Origin: the human T2T-CHM13v2.0 reference genome, Homo sapiens
Direction: 5' to 3' (one strand)
DNA: 64,000 bases
NCBI RefSeq assembly: GCF_009914755.1
Contig: NC_060937.1
Part shown: positions 13,406-25,829 of the stretch, in pieces
Layout: each line of letters begins with the position of its first letter
Numbering within the stretch: position 1 is the stretch's first letter
Translations under genes and position numbers: made by a program
Notes under the pieces: model-generated
What the model was told of the DNA's origin: nothing
The model's input: only the letters and a program-made list of their open reading frames with translations
The model's database searches: none

Positions 13406-14475
13406 TAAGAAATCATCACTCATTCACCAAACTTCTTTATTACCTACTCCATATTAGGTACTGTTTAAAGCACTGAGCAGAGAATAGCAAACAACATTAA
13501 AAATAAAAACCCTGTCCTCTGGGAGCTTACAGAGCAAATTTTCTACATTGCAAATCCGCTTACACTATCCTCTTCCTTAATATCTTTCAATGGCTTCTCA
13601 CAACATTAATAATCAGTTCAAAGCATGTTAACATACTTTGAGGGGTCTTCCATAACTTGGTTTCTCATACCTCTGTTTTAATACTCCTTCATCGGTCATA
13701 CTTCTTAGTTGCAAACAACAAAATCTGACTCTAGCTGAAGTTATACAAGAAGGGTTTATTAAAAGGGCACAGGGTAGCTCCTAAAATGTTCCATGGGTTG
13801 GAGAACTAGTCATGAACCTTAGCTTCCAGGAACAATGATCAAAATATCACTGCAGAAGTGGCCTGACATGGAAACACTTAGTAACAAGTGCCAAATGTTT
13901 ACTTGCTCTACAGGCTTAGTACATTTCATCTCTGCAGCCACTGCTAAGTTCAAGTTGGATGGGAGAGAGACAGAAAGAAAGAGACAGACAGGGAGGGAGA
14001 ATGAATGATTGGTCTTCTGATTTATCTCTTTCTCTCTTTTATTGCTGGTTTATGAGTTGAAGTCTGGCTGGGATATATCTGATTAGTGGTGTTCTGGCTA
14101 CATGCCTATGCCTTAGCTAGGAGAAAGACCGGAACTACAAGTACCTACCATTTTCAGCCACAACAGGTAAGGAAGTTTACCGCCTACCACAACTCATAAA
14201 GTGGGGGAATTACCTAAACATGAAAATAGGCTTCAGGTGTTAGATGGACAGACACACAAGAAATGTCCTACACATCCCTAAGAAAATCTAAGCTATAGCC
14301 ACACTGAATATCTTTCAGTTCTTTCAATATGATCTCTCAATTACTTCTGAGTCTCTTTGTTCTGGTTCTCCGTTCTCATTAGTAGGATAACTTGTGTCTG
14401 TCTTTGGGAATGTTTTAATATTCATTTCTAGAGGATCAGCCTCCTCTGATCCTCCCTAGACTCTTTTAGATAGAT

Positions 14476-14688
14476 TGGGGGTTCATAAACTATGGTCCAC
14501 AGGCCAAATCTGGCTTGCTTCCTCTTCTTGTAAATAAAGTTTTGTTTGAACACAGACATGCTCAGGGGTTTATTTATTGTCTACAGCTGCCTTCACAGAG
14601 TTGTATAATTGTGACAAGGGATATATGGCCTACAGAGCTCTAAATATTTACTTTCTGGTCCTTTATAGAAAAATTTTGCTAACTCCTG
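14476..14688 (+). mobile_element. MER58A (hAT-Charlie MITE)
   Basis: CAGGCCAAATCTGGC...GTAAATAAAGTTTTGTTTGAACACAG...AAATATTTACTTTCTGGTCCTTTATAGAAAAATTTTGCTAACTCCTG. Confidence 0.85.
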
Positions 14689-15279
14689 TTTAGATACTTC
14701 TGTTGTGGGTTCCTGTGGCTGTGTTTTGACTCTGCCATTGCTCTTCTCATGTTTTTGTGTCATCCTCAATGAATGGCAAGCTCCTTGACAGCAGGAACTT
14801 AGCTCTCTCACTAACCATTGGACAGCCACAGTGCCTGATGCAGAATAACATGTGCTTAACATAAGCAGGTTAAATAAATAGGTTTAAAATCGAATTACTA
14901 AAGTGTGTGCCAGCTGCACAGCTGATCAACTCTCAGGTTGTAAGAGGCAAAGAAATGTCATCTGGACTTTGGCAAGATGGAGAAATATGTATCAACTAGA
15001 ACTTCTCTCAGAGGAACTAAATATTTGGAAGAAATATTTGGGCAAGACACCAGGTACCTGGGCCAAGGCTAAGGAAATGGGATCTCTCCAGCATGTGTAT
15101 GGGCAACAACAGGTGGTTCCTAGTGCACCATTTAAGGAATTTGGTCCAGTTGGCTGCAGAGCCATTGTTTTGCTGTCTGTGGTAGCCCCACTACAACATA
15201 GATTCATCCTTCTTCCCTTTCCACCAGTCTTTCAGGCAGCTCAGCTTCCACTCCAAATGAACATAGAGCAAATATTTTA

Positions 15280-15590
<311 letters not shown>

Positions 15591-15644
15591 TTTATATATA
15601 TATATGCTTGAAGGACTTCCATAATTCTGATCTGCCTCCAAGTA

Positions 15645-15962
15645 TAGTTGGCCCTCTGTATCTGTGGGTTCTGCATCCATGGATTCAACCAATCACAGAT
15701 CAAATACATTTCAAAAGATAAAAAGAACAATACAACAATAAATGTAACACAAATAAAAGCATAGTATAACAACTATCTACATAGCATTTACACTGTATTG
15801 GGTATTATACAAAATCTAGAGATGTTTTAAAGTACTCAAAAGGATATTCACAGACCATATGTTAATACTATGTCATTTTATATAAGGGATTTGAGTATCT
15901 GAGGAGTTTGGCATCTGTGTGGGTTCTGAAACCAATGCCCCATAGATACAGAGAGATGACTG
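15645..15962 (+). mobile_element. Tigger3a-like MITE (TcMar-Tigger)
   Basis: Terminal repeats TAGTTGGCCCTCTGTATCTGTGGG / CCCATAGATACAGAGAGATGACTG; TA duplication at 15643-15644 and 15963-15964. Confidence 0.88.
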
Positions 15963-16454
15963 TACTTACCTATCTCAGACAGACCATGAATAAGTAAACC
16001 CAATTTTTCATAAATGGAACAAAAAATATTACCTATGGGAATCTCAGTTGTTTCCACCATAATTTGGGTCTTTTTTTTAAAAATTGTGGGTTGACACCTA
16101 GTAGTGTGCTCTGAAATAAAATTTTAGTTTATGAGAGTGAACAAAATAATAGAATAGAAAGTGGTAGAATGCATTTACAATTATAGTTCATGACACCTTT
16201 GTTTCAGTTGATACACGTATAGGAGTCACAATGAATACTTTTTAGTGCAGTGCTTGGTCAGAAAACATAAATAGCAACTGATATAATATTTTGCTTTCTC
16301 TAAATATTTATATTACAGTAGAGTTTATCAAGTAGCCCCACTTGAAGGATGCTCTGAGTAGTCCAAGTTGTTCTGAGAGAGTGAAGTGAGGGCAAGAAGA
16401 GGTGATAAAATGAAAACCATCTCTTCCTCATTTTTAGACCTACCAGGAGCTGAG

Positions 16455-16582
16455 GCAGGTGTTGGTGGACCAGCAACAGAAGAATTGCCTGGAAGTCCTG
16501 CCCAGATGTATTGAATTAGAATGCCCATTTTAATAAAACCCCTAGGAGATTTTTATGCACATTAAACTTCAGGAAGCATGGG
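16455..16582. mobile_element. MER5A-like hAT MITE remnant
   Basis: GGACCAGCA...CCCAGATGTATTGAATTAGAA...CATTTTAATAAAACCCCTAGGAGATTTTTATGCACATTAAAC. Confidence 0.6.
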
Positions 16583-16760
16583 GTAGTTGATACCAGTACT
16601 GTTCTACTCACATCCCTCAGATATTTTCATCATTTTTGTCCATACCAGCTACCAGTTTACTTTTAATACCAATGGTCAGCACCAATTTCTACCCTCAGGC
16701 TGCCAGAACATAGTTTGCCTGCAAATAAGAAGCACCAAAAGAGATGAAGAATATACCTCC

Positions 16761-19081
16761 TGATGTGGTTTGGCTATGTCCCAACCCAAATCTCAACTTG
16801 AATTGTAACTCCCAAAATTCTCATTTATTATGGGAAGAACCAGGTGGGAGGTAATTGAATCCTAGTGGTGGCGGGGGGCGGAAGTCTTTCCTGTACTGTT
16901 CTTATGACAGCAAATGAGCCTCACCAGATCTGATGATTTTAACAATGGGAGTTTCCTTGCACAAGCTCTCTTTGCCTGCTGCCATCCACGCAAGATGTGA
17001 CTTGCTCCTCCTTGCCTTCCACCATGATTGTGAGGCCTTCCCCAGCTATGTGGAACTGTAAGTTCACTAAACCTTTTTCTTTTGTAAATTGACCAGTCTC
17101 AGGTATGTCTTTATCAGCAGTGTGAAAACAGACTAATACAGAAAATTGGTACCTGTAGAGTGAGGTGCTGCTGAAAAGATACCTGAAAATGTGGAAACAT
17201 CTTTGGAACTGGGTTATAGGCAGAGGTTGCAACAGTTTGGAGGGCTTAGAAGAAGACAGGAAAGTGTGGGAAAGTTTGGAACTTCCTGGAGACTTGTCGA
17301 ATGGCTTTGCCCAAAATGCTGATAGTGATATGGACAATAAAGTCCAGGCTGAGGTGGTCTCAGATGGAAATGAAGAACTTGTTGGGAACTGGAGCAAAGG
17401 TGACTCTTGTTATGTTGTAGCAAAGAGACTGGTGACATTTTGCCCCTGCCCTAGAGATTTGTGGAACTTTCAACTTGAGAGAGATGATTTAGGGCATCTG
17501 CTGGAAGAAATTTCTAAGCAGCAAAGCATTCAAGAGGTGACTTGGGTGCTGTTAAAGGCATTCAGGTTTATAAGAGAAACACAGCATAAAATTTCAGAAA
17601 ATTTTGCAGCCTGACAATGTGATAGAAAGGAAAATCCCATTTTCTGAGGAGAAGTTTAAGCCGGCTGCAGAAATTTTCATAAGTAATGAGGAGCCGATGT
17701 TAATCTCCAAGACAATGGCGAAAATGTCTCCAGGCCATGTCAGAGGTATTCACAGCAGCCCCTCCCATCACAGGCCCAAAGGCCTAGGAGGAAAAAATGG
17801 TTTTGTGGGCTGGACCCAGGGTCTCTGTACTGTGTGCAGCCTAAGGACTTGGTGTCCTGTGTCCCAGAACTCCAGCTATGCCTGAAAGGGGCCAATGTAG
17901 AGTTTGAGCCATGGCTTCAGAGGCTACAAGTCTCAAGCCTTGGCAGTTTCCACATGGTGTTGAGACTGCGAGTACACAGAAGTCAAGAATTGGGGTTTGG
18001 GAATCTCCACCTAGATTTCAGAAGATGTATGGAAACACCTGAATGCCCAGGCAGAAGTTTGCTGCAGGGATGGGGCCCTCATGGAGAACCTCTGCTAGGC
18101 CAGTGCAGAAGAGAAATGTGGGGTTGGAGCCCCCCACAACACAGAGTCCCTACTGGGGCATTGCCTAGTGGAGCTGTGAGAAGAGGGCCACCATCCTACA
18201 GACCCCAGGATGGTAGATCCACTGACAGCTTGCCCTGTGTGCCTAGAAAAGTCACAGATGCTCAACACTAGCCCGTGAAAGCAGCCAGGAGGGGGGCTAT
18301 ACCCTGCAGAACCACAAGGGCAGAGCTGCTCAAGACCATGGGAACCTACCTCTTGTATCACTGTGACCTGGATGTGAGACATGGAGTCAAAGGAGATCAT
18401 TTTGGAGATTTAAGATTTGACTGCCCCACTGGATTTTGGACTTACATGGGGCCTTATAGCCCATTTGTTTTAGTCAATTTCTCCCATTTGTAACAGCTGT
18501 ATTCACCCAATGTCCATACCCCATTGTATCTATAAAGTAAATAACTTGCTTTTGATTTTACAGGCTCATAGGCAGAAGGGACTTGCCTTGTCTCAGATAG
18601 ACTTTGGACTGTGGACTTTTGAGTTAATGCTGAAATGAGTCAAGACTTTGGGGGACTGACTGGTTTTGAAATGTGAGGACATGAGATTTGGGAGGGGCCA
18701 GGGATAGAATGATATGGTATGACTATGTCGCCACCCAAATCTCATCTTGAATTGAAACTCCCACAATTCCCATGTGTCATGGGAGGAACCTGGTGGGAGG
18801 TAATTGAATCATGAGGGTGAGTCTTTCCTGTGCTGTTCTCATGATAGTTAATAAGTCTCACAAGATCTGGTTGTTTTAAAAATGGGAGTTTCCCTGCACA
18901 AGCTCTCTCTCTTTGCCTGCCTCCATCTACATAAGATGTGATTTTCTCCTTCTTGCCTTCTTCCATGATTGCGAGACCTTACCCAGCCATGTGGAACTGT
19001 AAGTCCATTAAACCTCTTTCTTGTGTAAATTGCCCAGTCTCAGGTATGTCTTTATCAGCAGCATGAAAACGGGCTAATACA
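16761..19081 (+). mobile_element. Complete THE1 (THE1B/C-type) MaLR provirus: 5' LTR 16761-17140, internal 17141-18709, 3' LTR 18710-19081
   Basis: Two homologous TG...CA LTRs, purine tract GGGAGGGGCCAGGG before the 3' LTR, perfect TSD CCTCC at 16756-16760 and 19082-19086, MaLR internal ORF remnant at 17165-17614. Confidence 0.96.
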
Positions 19082-19171
19082 CCTCCTACCTAAGCAATGC
19101 TTAGCCAGTAGCAGACAGGTGAGGAGCAAAAACTGAATCATCCTATCCCTCAGCTTTGAAGTATGAACAAA

Positions 19172-19601
19172 ATGGGTTATTTTATGTGTCAACTTGGGCC
19201 CTGGGATACCCAGACATTTAGTTACACGTTATTCTGGTGTGTCTTTGAGAGTATTTCTGGGTGTGACTAGAATCTGAATGGGTACACTGAATAAAGCAGG
19301 TTGCTCTTCCCAATGCAGGTGGAGCTCATACAGTCCATTGAAGGCCTGAACAGAGCAATAAGCCTGAGTAAGAGAGAATTCCTCTCTCTGCCCGTCTTCA
19401 ACCTGGGACCTTGGTCTTTTCTTGCCTTCAGACTCTGACAGGGTCTGGAACTTACACTATCAACTCTCCTTGACTTCCAGCTTCCTGAGTGCAGCTTCCA
19501 TATGCAACTACTCTTTTACCACCAAAATCATGTAAGCCAAGTCCTTATAATCAAACAATCTTCTATTGATTCTATTTCTCCAAAGAATTCTGACTAGTAC
19601 A
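19172..19601 (+). mobile_element. MLT2 (ERVL) LTR
   Basis: TTTTATGTGTCAACTTG...CAGTCCATTGAAGGCCTGAACAGAGCAA...CTATTGATTCTATTTCTCCAAAGAATTCTGACTAGTACA. Confidence 0.8.
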
Positions 19602-19907
19602 ATGACCTATATTTTCTCCATGATTCTCCTATGGGATTGAATGAACGTTATTTGGTTCTGTGGACTTTGCTGTCAGGCAAGAAGGGGCAACCTATACAGA
19701 GCCTTTGGACTCCCTGATAAGAAGAGAGGAAATCTTAGGGAGACAAAAGCAACTATAATTTGCAAAGAAGACACCAAGAGAAAAAAGCTACTCGGAGAGG
19801 AAATGATACCAGGTAGAAATGTGGATCTATATAAAGTAACGAAACCCCAGAATTGGTAACTGTGTGGGTAAATATATAATATTTTTTCTTATTATTTAAA
19901 ATGTTGA

Positions 19908-20410
19908 TGTTGTGCTGAATCCCTATTAACCCCAATAAGGAAGGCACCAGGTTCAAGAAGCCAGAGAAGAGACCCAGATCCAGCAAATGAGACATAGGGT
20001 TTATCAGGGACTTACATGCAGGGCAGATAGTCCAGTGGCAGTGGGCTTACAGGAAAACTGCTTTATGTACAGTAATGGTCTCGGGGTGGTGGGCTGGACA
20101 ACATAACCACATGGCCCAGTGGCAGTGGGCTGGGCAGGATAACTGCAACCATTTGCAAACAGCATGCAATTTATATAGCATTTTCACTTAACACCCTCCC
20201 CTTAATGACCTCCACCTGGCAACCTTCATCCATCCCAAAACACAGGGCCTCAATCCCCTGTATGGCTCATGTCACATGGAATGGGCGAGGGGCTCAGATG
20301 TTTATCACAGATAAGGAACATATCTCCAGGTTGTCCATTCCTAGATTCCCTAGCTTGGAACACACATTTGGATGCATTTGCCACACAGGATCAAGTGTGT
20401 TTACCCCACA
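19908..20410 (-). mobile_element. Solo LTR, probably ERVL class (LTR47-like; family uncertain)
   Basis: TG...CA ends, near-perfect 5-bp TSD GTTGA/GTAGA, internal repeats of CCAGTGGCAGTGGGCT, GC content above the flanks. Confidence 0.6.
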
Positions 20411-20702
20411 GTAGATAATGTAAATCTTATTGTATGGACTTATGAATGTACAAAACAAACATTTTATTATTTAATTCAACATTAAATTTCATTCATATGC
20501 AGTGTCCAGTTTATTTTTTCAGAAAATTGACATGTATTGAAAACGAGATCCTGGAGTACTATTCTGATATTTGGAATTCTGACCATTTTATACATTCTCA
20601 TTAAAGGAGTACAGTTTACTCCCCATTTGTTTTATTACTACAATGAATTACCAACTTATTTTAAAATTGGTATTCTATACAGTAAGAAACAAAGTCATCA
20701 AA

Positions 20703-21073
20703 AGTACCTTAGTTTGTTTTCTGTTGCTATAACAGAACACCACAGGCTATATAATTTATAAAGAAAATAAATTTATTTCTTACAGTCCTAGAGTCTGGGA
20801 AGTCCAAGATCTAGGGGCCACATCTGGTGAGGCCTTTCCATTGAATCATAACATGGCATAGGGTATCACATGACAAGGGGGCAGGAGCATGGCATCTCAG
20901 TTCTCTCTTCCTCTTTTGTAAAGCCACTAGTCCCTTGAGGAAGGCCCCACATGATGACTTTATCTAATGCACATTACCTCCCGAAGGCCTTGCCTCCAAA
21001 TACCATTACTATATAAATTTGGGGATTATGTTTCCAACACATGAAATTTGAGGGACATATTCCAACCATAGAA
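20703..21073 (-). mobile_element. MST/MLT1A-type MaLR solo LTR
   Basis: TTAGTTTGTTTTCTGTTGCTATAACAGAACACCACAG...CTGGGAAGTCCAAGATC...TTCCAACACATGAAATTTGAGGGACATATTC. Confidence 0.82.
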
Positions 21074-21281
21074 GTACCCAAAGAGTTAATTTTAAAATAT
21101 TTTGTATCATGAATGGCTTGCTTGACTTTTATACTTTTAAGATACATAAACTTTTCCCCAAAAAAATCTCCAGCTGCAATTGTTTTCTTCTTAGTATCTA
21201 CAAATATTCAGAAAGTTAAACTATCAAGCTTAAAATTGTCAGAACTGGATTATACTTAGCTATTAAAAATTTTGATTTGCC

Positions 21282-21580
21282 ACTGGGTGCGGTGGCTCAC
21301 ACCTGTAATCCCAGCACTTTGGGAGGCCCAGGCAGGCAGATTGCTTGAGCTCAGGAGAGAAAGACCAGAAGACCAGCCTAGGTAACATGGTAAAACCTCC
21401 TCTCTACAAAAAAATACAAAAATTAGCCAGATGTGGTGGCACACACCTGTGGTCTGTACTTCTGGGGATGCTGAGGTGGGAGGATCACTTGAGCCCAGGG
21501 AGGCCAAGGCTGTGGTGAGCCATGATTGCACCACCACACTCCAGCCTGGGCAACAGATTGAGAGCCTATCTCAAAAATAT
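21282..21580 (+). mobile_element. AluJ
   Basis: GATTGCTTGAGCTCAGG and GGAGGATCACTTGAGCCCAGG J-type motifs; TSD TTGATTTGC on both sides. Confidence 0.9.
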
Positions 21581-21599
21581 ATATATATTGATTTGCTAA

Positions 21600-22198
21600 T
21601 TTTTCATGCAGTTATGCTCTGATCTTTGTTACTTCTTTTATTCTGCTAGCTTTGGTTTTGGTTTGTTGTTGTTTTTCTGGTTCCTCAAGGTATGATGTTA
21701 GGTTGTTAATGTGTGATCCTTCTATTTTTTTCATGTAGATATTGGATGCTATACACTATACTCTTAGCACTGTTTTTGCTATATCCCAGGTGTATGGGGT
21801 ATGTTATATTTCCATTTTCATTTGTTTAAAAATTTTTTTTAATTTCCATCTTAATTTTGAAATTGACACAAATATTCAGGAGCATATGGTGTCGTTTCCA
21901 TATATTTGTATAGTTTTGAGATTTCCTCTTGGAATTTAGTTTTACTTTTATTCTGCTGTGGTCTGAGAAGATGCTTGACATGATTTTGATTTTTAAAAAT
22001 ATATTAAGACTCAATTTGTGGTCTAAAATATTTCCTATCTTATAAAATAGTCCCTGTGATGAAGACAAGAATGTATATTCTGCAGTTGTTAGGTAGAATT
22101 TTCTGTAAATGTCTGATAGGTCCAGTTGGTCTAAAGTCCAACTGAAGTCCAATGTTTCTTCCTTGATTTTGTATCTTTATGATCTGTCTAGTGCTGTG
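21600..22198 (-). mobile_element. Inverted 5' segment of an L1MA element (ORF2 endonuclease/linker region)
   Basis: Minus-strand peptide WTLDQLDLSDIYRKFYLTTAEYTFLSSSQG...SSIFSDHSRIK (21826-22152) matches the ORF2 EN domain. Confidence 0.88.
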
Positions 22199-23831
22199 AG
22201 ATTGAATCAATAATAAAAAATTTCCTCCAAAAATAAAAAGTCCAGGATCAAATGAATTCACAGCTGAATTCTACCAGATGTTTAAAGAACTGACAATAAT
22301 TCTACTAAAACTATTCCAAAAGATCAAGAGGGAGGGAATCCTCTCTAATTCATTCTACAAAGCCAGTGTCACACTGATACCTAAGCCCTATATGCAAATG
22401 GAAAATCTACAGACCAATATCCCTGATAAATATGGATGCAAAAATCCTAAACATAATACTAGAAAACCAAATCCAACAATACATCAAAAAGATAATACAC
22501 TATGACAAAGTGGGTTTATTTTAGGCATGCAAGGTTTGGTCAACATATACAAATCAATAAATATGATTCATCACATGAACATGATGGACAAAAACATACA
22601 ATCATCTCAAGTTCATCACTCCCGTTCAAACATAGTACTAGAAGTCCCATCCAGAGCAATCAGGCAAGAGAAAAAAATAAAAGGCATCTAAATGGGAAAA
22701 GAGGAAGTCAAATTATCTCCATTCACTGATGATATGATCTTATAGATAGAAAAGGCCTTAAAACTCCTCCAGAAAATTCTTATATTTGATACATAAATTC
22801 AATAATGTGTCAGGATACAAAATCAAAAATCAGCAGCATTTCTATACACTAATAATGATTAATATAAGAATTGAATCAAGAAGGCAATCCCATTTACAAT
22901 GTCTACCAAAATAAAAATAAAATACGTAGGAATAAATTTAACCAAGGAGGTGAAAAATCTTTACAAGGAAAACTATCAAACACTGATGAAAGAAATTGTA
23001 TATTAAACAAACAAATGGTAAGATATTCCATATTAATGAATTGGAAGAATCGATATGATTAAAATGACTATACTGCCTAAAGCAATCTATAGGTTCAATG
23101 TAATCCCTATCAAAATACCAGTGTAATTTTTCACAGAATTACAAAAAAAAAGAATCTTAAAATTCATATGGAACCACAAAAGAGCCTGAAAAACCTAGGA
23201 GATTCTATGCAAAAAGAACAAGGATTGAGGCATCACATTACCTGACCTCAAATTATACCATGAGGCTATAATAACAAAAACAGCATGGCACTGCTATAAA
23301 AATAGGCACATAGATCAGTGGAACACAATAGAGAACCCAGAAATAAAGCCACATATCTACTGATCTTTGATAAAGCAAAACTAATCTTTGACAAAGTTGA
23401 CATAAACATATACTGGGGATAGGATATCCCTTTCATTAAATGGTTCTGGGGAAACTGAATTGCCATACCCAGAAGAATGACATTAGATCCCTATCTCTCA
23501 TTATATACAAAAATCAACTCAAGATGCATTAAAGATTTAAGTGTGGGCCAGGTGTGGTGGCTCACGCCTATAATCCCAACAATTTGGAAGGTGGGGGCAG
23601 GCAGATCACTTGAGCTCAGGAGTTCAAAGCCAGCTTGGGCAACATAATGAAACCCCATCTCTACGAAGAGAAATACAAAAACTACCCAGGCATGATGCAT
23701 GTGTGCCTGTAGTCACAGTTAGTCAACAGGCTGAGGTGGGAAGATCACCTGAGCCTGGGGATGTCAAGGCTGCTCACTTGAGCCATGATCGTGACACTGA
23801 GGTCCAGCCTGGGTGACAGAGTAAGATTCTG

Positions 23832-23865
<34 letters not shown>

Positions 23866-25005
23866 CCTGATACTATAAACATACTAGAAGAAATGCCAAG
23901 GACAACTCTTCTGGGCATTGGTCTAGGCAAACAATTTATGACTAAGACCTCAAAAACACTAGCAACAAAAATATACAAATCCAACTTAATTAAACTAAAA
24001 TGCTTCAGAAAAGCAAAAGAAACAATCAACAGAGTGAACTGGCAACCAGCAGAATGAGACAAAATATCTGCAAACTATTTATCCAACAGATGACTGATAC
24101 CCAGAATTTACGAGGAACTCAAACAATTCAACAACAACAAATAACAAATAATCACATTAAAAAGTGGGCAAAGGACATGAGCAAGCATCTTTCAAAAGAA
24201 GACATACAAAAATAGCCAACAAGCATGTGAAAAATGCTCAACACAATCATCAGAAAAATGCAAATTAAAATCATAATGAGATTTCATCTTACACCAGTCA
24301 GATTAGCTATTAGAAAGAAGTCAAAAGGTAACAGATGTTGACAAGAATAAAGAGAAAAGGGAATGCAAATACACTGTTGGTGGGAATGTCAATTGGTGCA
24401 ATCTCTATGAAAAGTAATATGGAGATTTCTCAAAGAATGAAAAATAGAACTACCATTCCATTCAACAGTTACACTACTGGGTATCTCCCCAAAGAAAAAG
24501 ACATCATTATATCAAAGAGATACCTGCCCTCATATGTTTATCACAGCACTATTCACAATAGCAAAGATATGGAATCAACCTATGTGTCCATCCACAGATG
24601 ATTGGATAAATGAAACATGGTATATACATATGATGGGATATTATCAGCCATTAAAAAGAAGGAAATAATGTCTTCTGCAGCAACATAAATGTAACTCTAG
24701 GTCATTATCTTAAGTAAAACAAGCCAGGCACAGAAAGATAAATACTGTATGTTCTTACTGATAAGTGAGAGCTAAATAATGTGTACACAGAGACATACAG
24801 TGTGGAATAATAGACATTAAAAATTTGGAAGTGTGGGGTAGTGCCAGGGGGTTGAGAGATGAGAAACTGCTTGATGGTTACAATGTACATTATTTGAGTG
24901 ATAGTTACATTAAAAGCCAAGATTTCACCACTACCATCCACTGAAAAAAAAAACTGCATTTTGTATGACTTAAATTTAAGCAAATAAAAACATAAAATAA
25001 AAATT
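22198..25005 (+). mobile_element. L1MA1-3-type ORF2 3' part plus 3' UTR and A-rich tail
   Basis: Peptide [36 protein letters not shown] (22278-); 3' UTR TACAATGTACATTATTTGAGTGATAGTTACATTAAAAGCCAAGATTTCACCACTAC. Confidence 0.92.
23546..23863 (+). mobile_element. AluJ nested in L1, with a pure A32 tail
   Basis: Diverged dimeric Alu; uninterrupted A run at 23832-23863. Confidence 0.9.
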
Positions 25006-25829
25006 ACTTCGCTTAGTTGTCCTTAGATAAAACTTTATCATTATGAGTTGAACTCAGTGTTATTTTTAACAATAATTAATTTTTACAATAATTTTTATTT
25101 TTAATAATAATAAATGAGCCTTAAATATCAACAGAAAAATTCAAATGAATTAAGGAAACAAAGGTAGAGAGCAAATTTGCAATTCCCATTATCATAGTTT
25201 TCAAAATTTTTTAAATATGGGTAATTAAAATTAATTAATTAAAGTCAGACTTTAAGAGTGTGAAATTTGGTATTGCATTTAGCAAATTATGTTTACACAG
25301 ATACAATAGATACCATTATTTCAAACTCTCCATAATAAAATTTGAAAAACTTCGACAATGGTCGAAATGTTTTCGGGTGTTTAGCATTTCAATTCATTAT
25401 TTTGCATAAATCTTGATTAACAAAATCAATGAATAGGAAAGCCTATTAATAGTCAGCCCATTTAAAATGTGGTAGGTGATTTAAAAGTTTAGTCATACTC
25501 TTATTTTCTTACTTGTTTTCCTTCACCTAATCCCTTAGAAGGCCCTATAATTTTTCTCCAATAATAAAATATATATATTTATAGTACAGGTCCTGTCATT
25601 TTCTTCTGATAATAAAAAATGAGTATTTTAGTCCTACTATTGAAAATAAAACAGGTATTTTGTTTTATATCTATAAATAGAAAATACAAAATTTTTGTAT
25701 AAATACAAAAATTCTTCCCTTAAGTTGCTCATAGTCTGGAGAGCAGGAGAGGAGAAATGTTATATAATGCAGAATTATGAACAAAGTGAAGAGGGAGCTG
25801 GTAATGTATTCTAAAAAAGTAAAACCATG

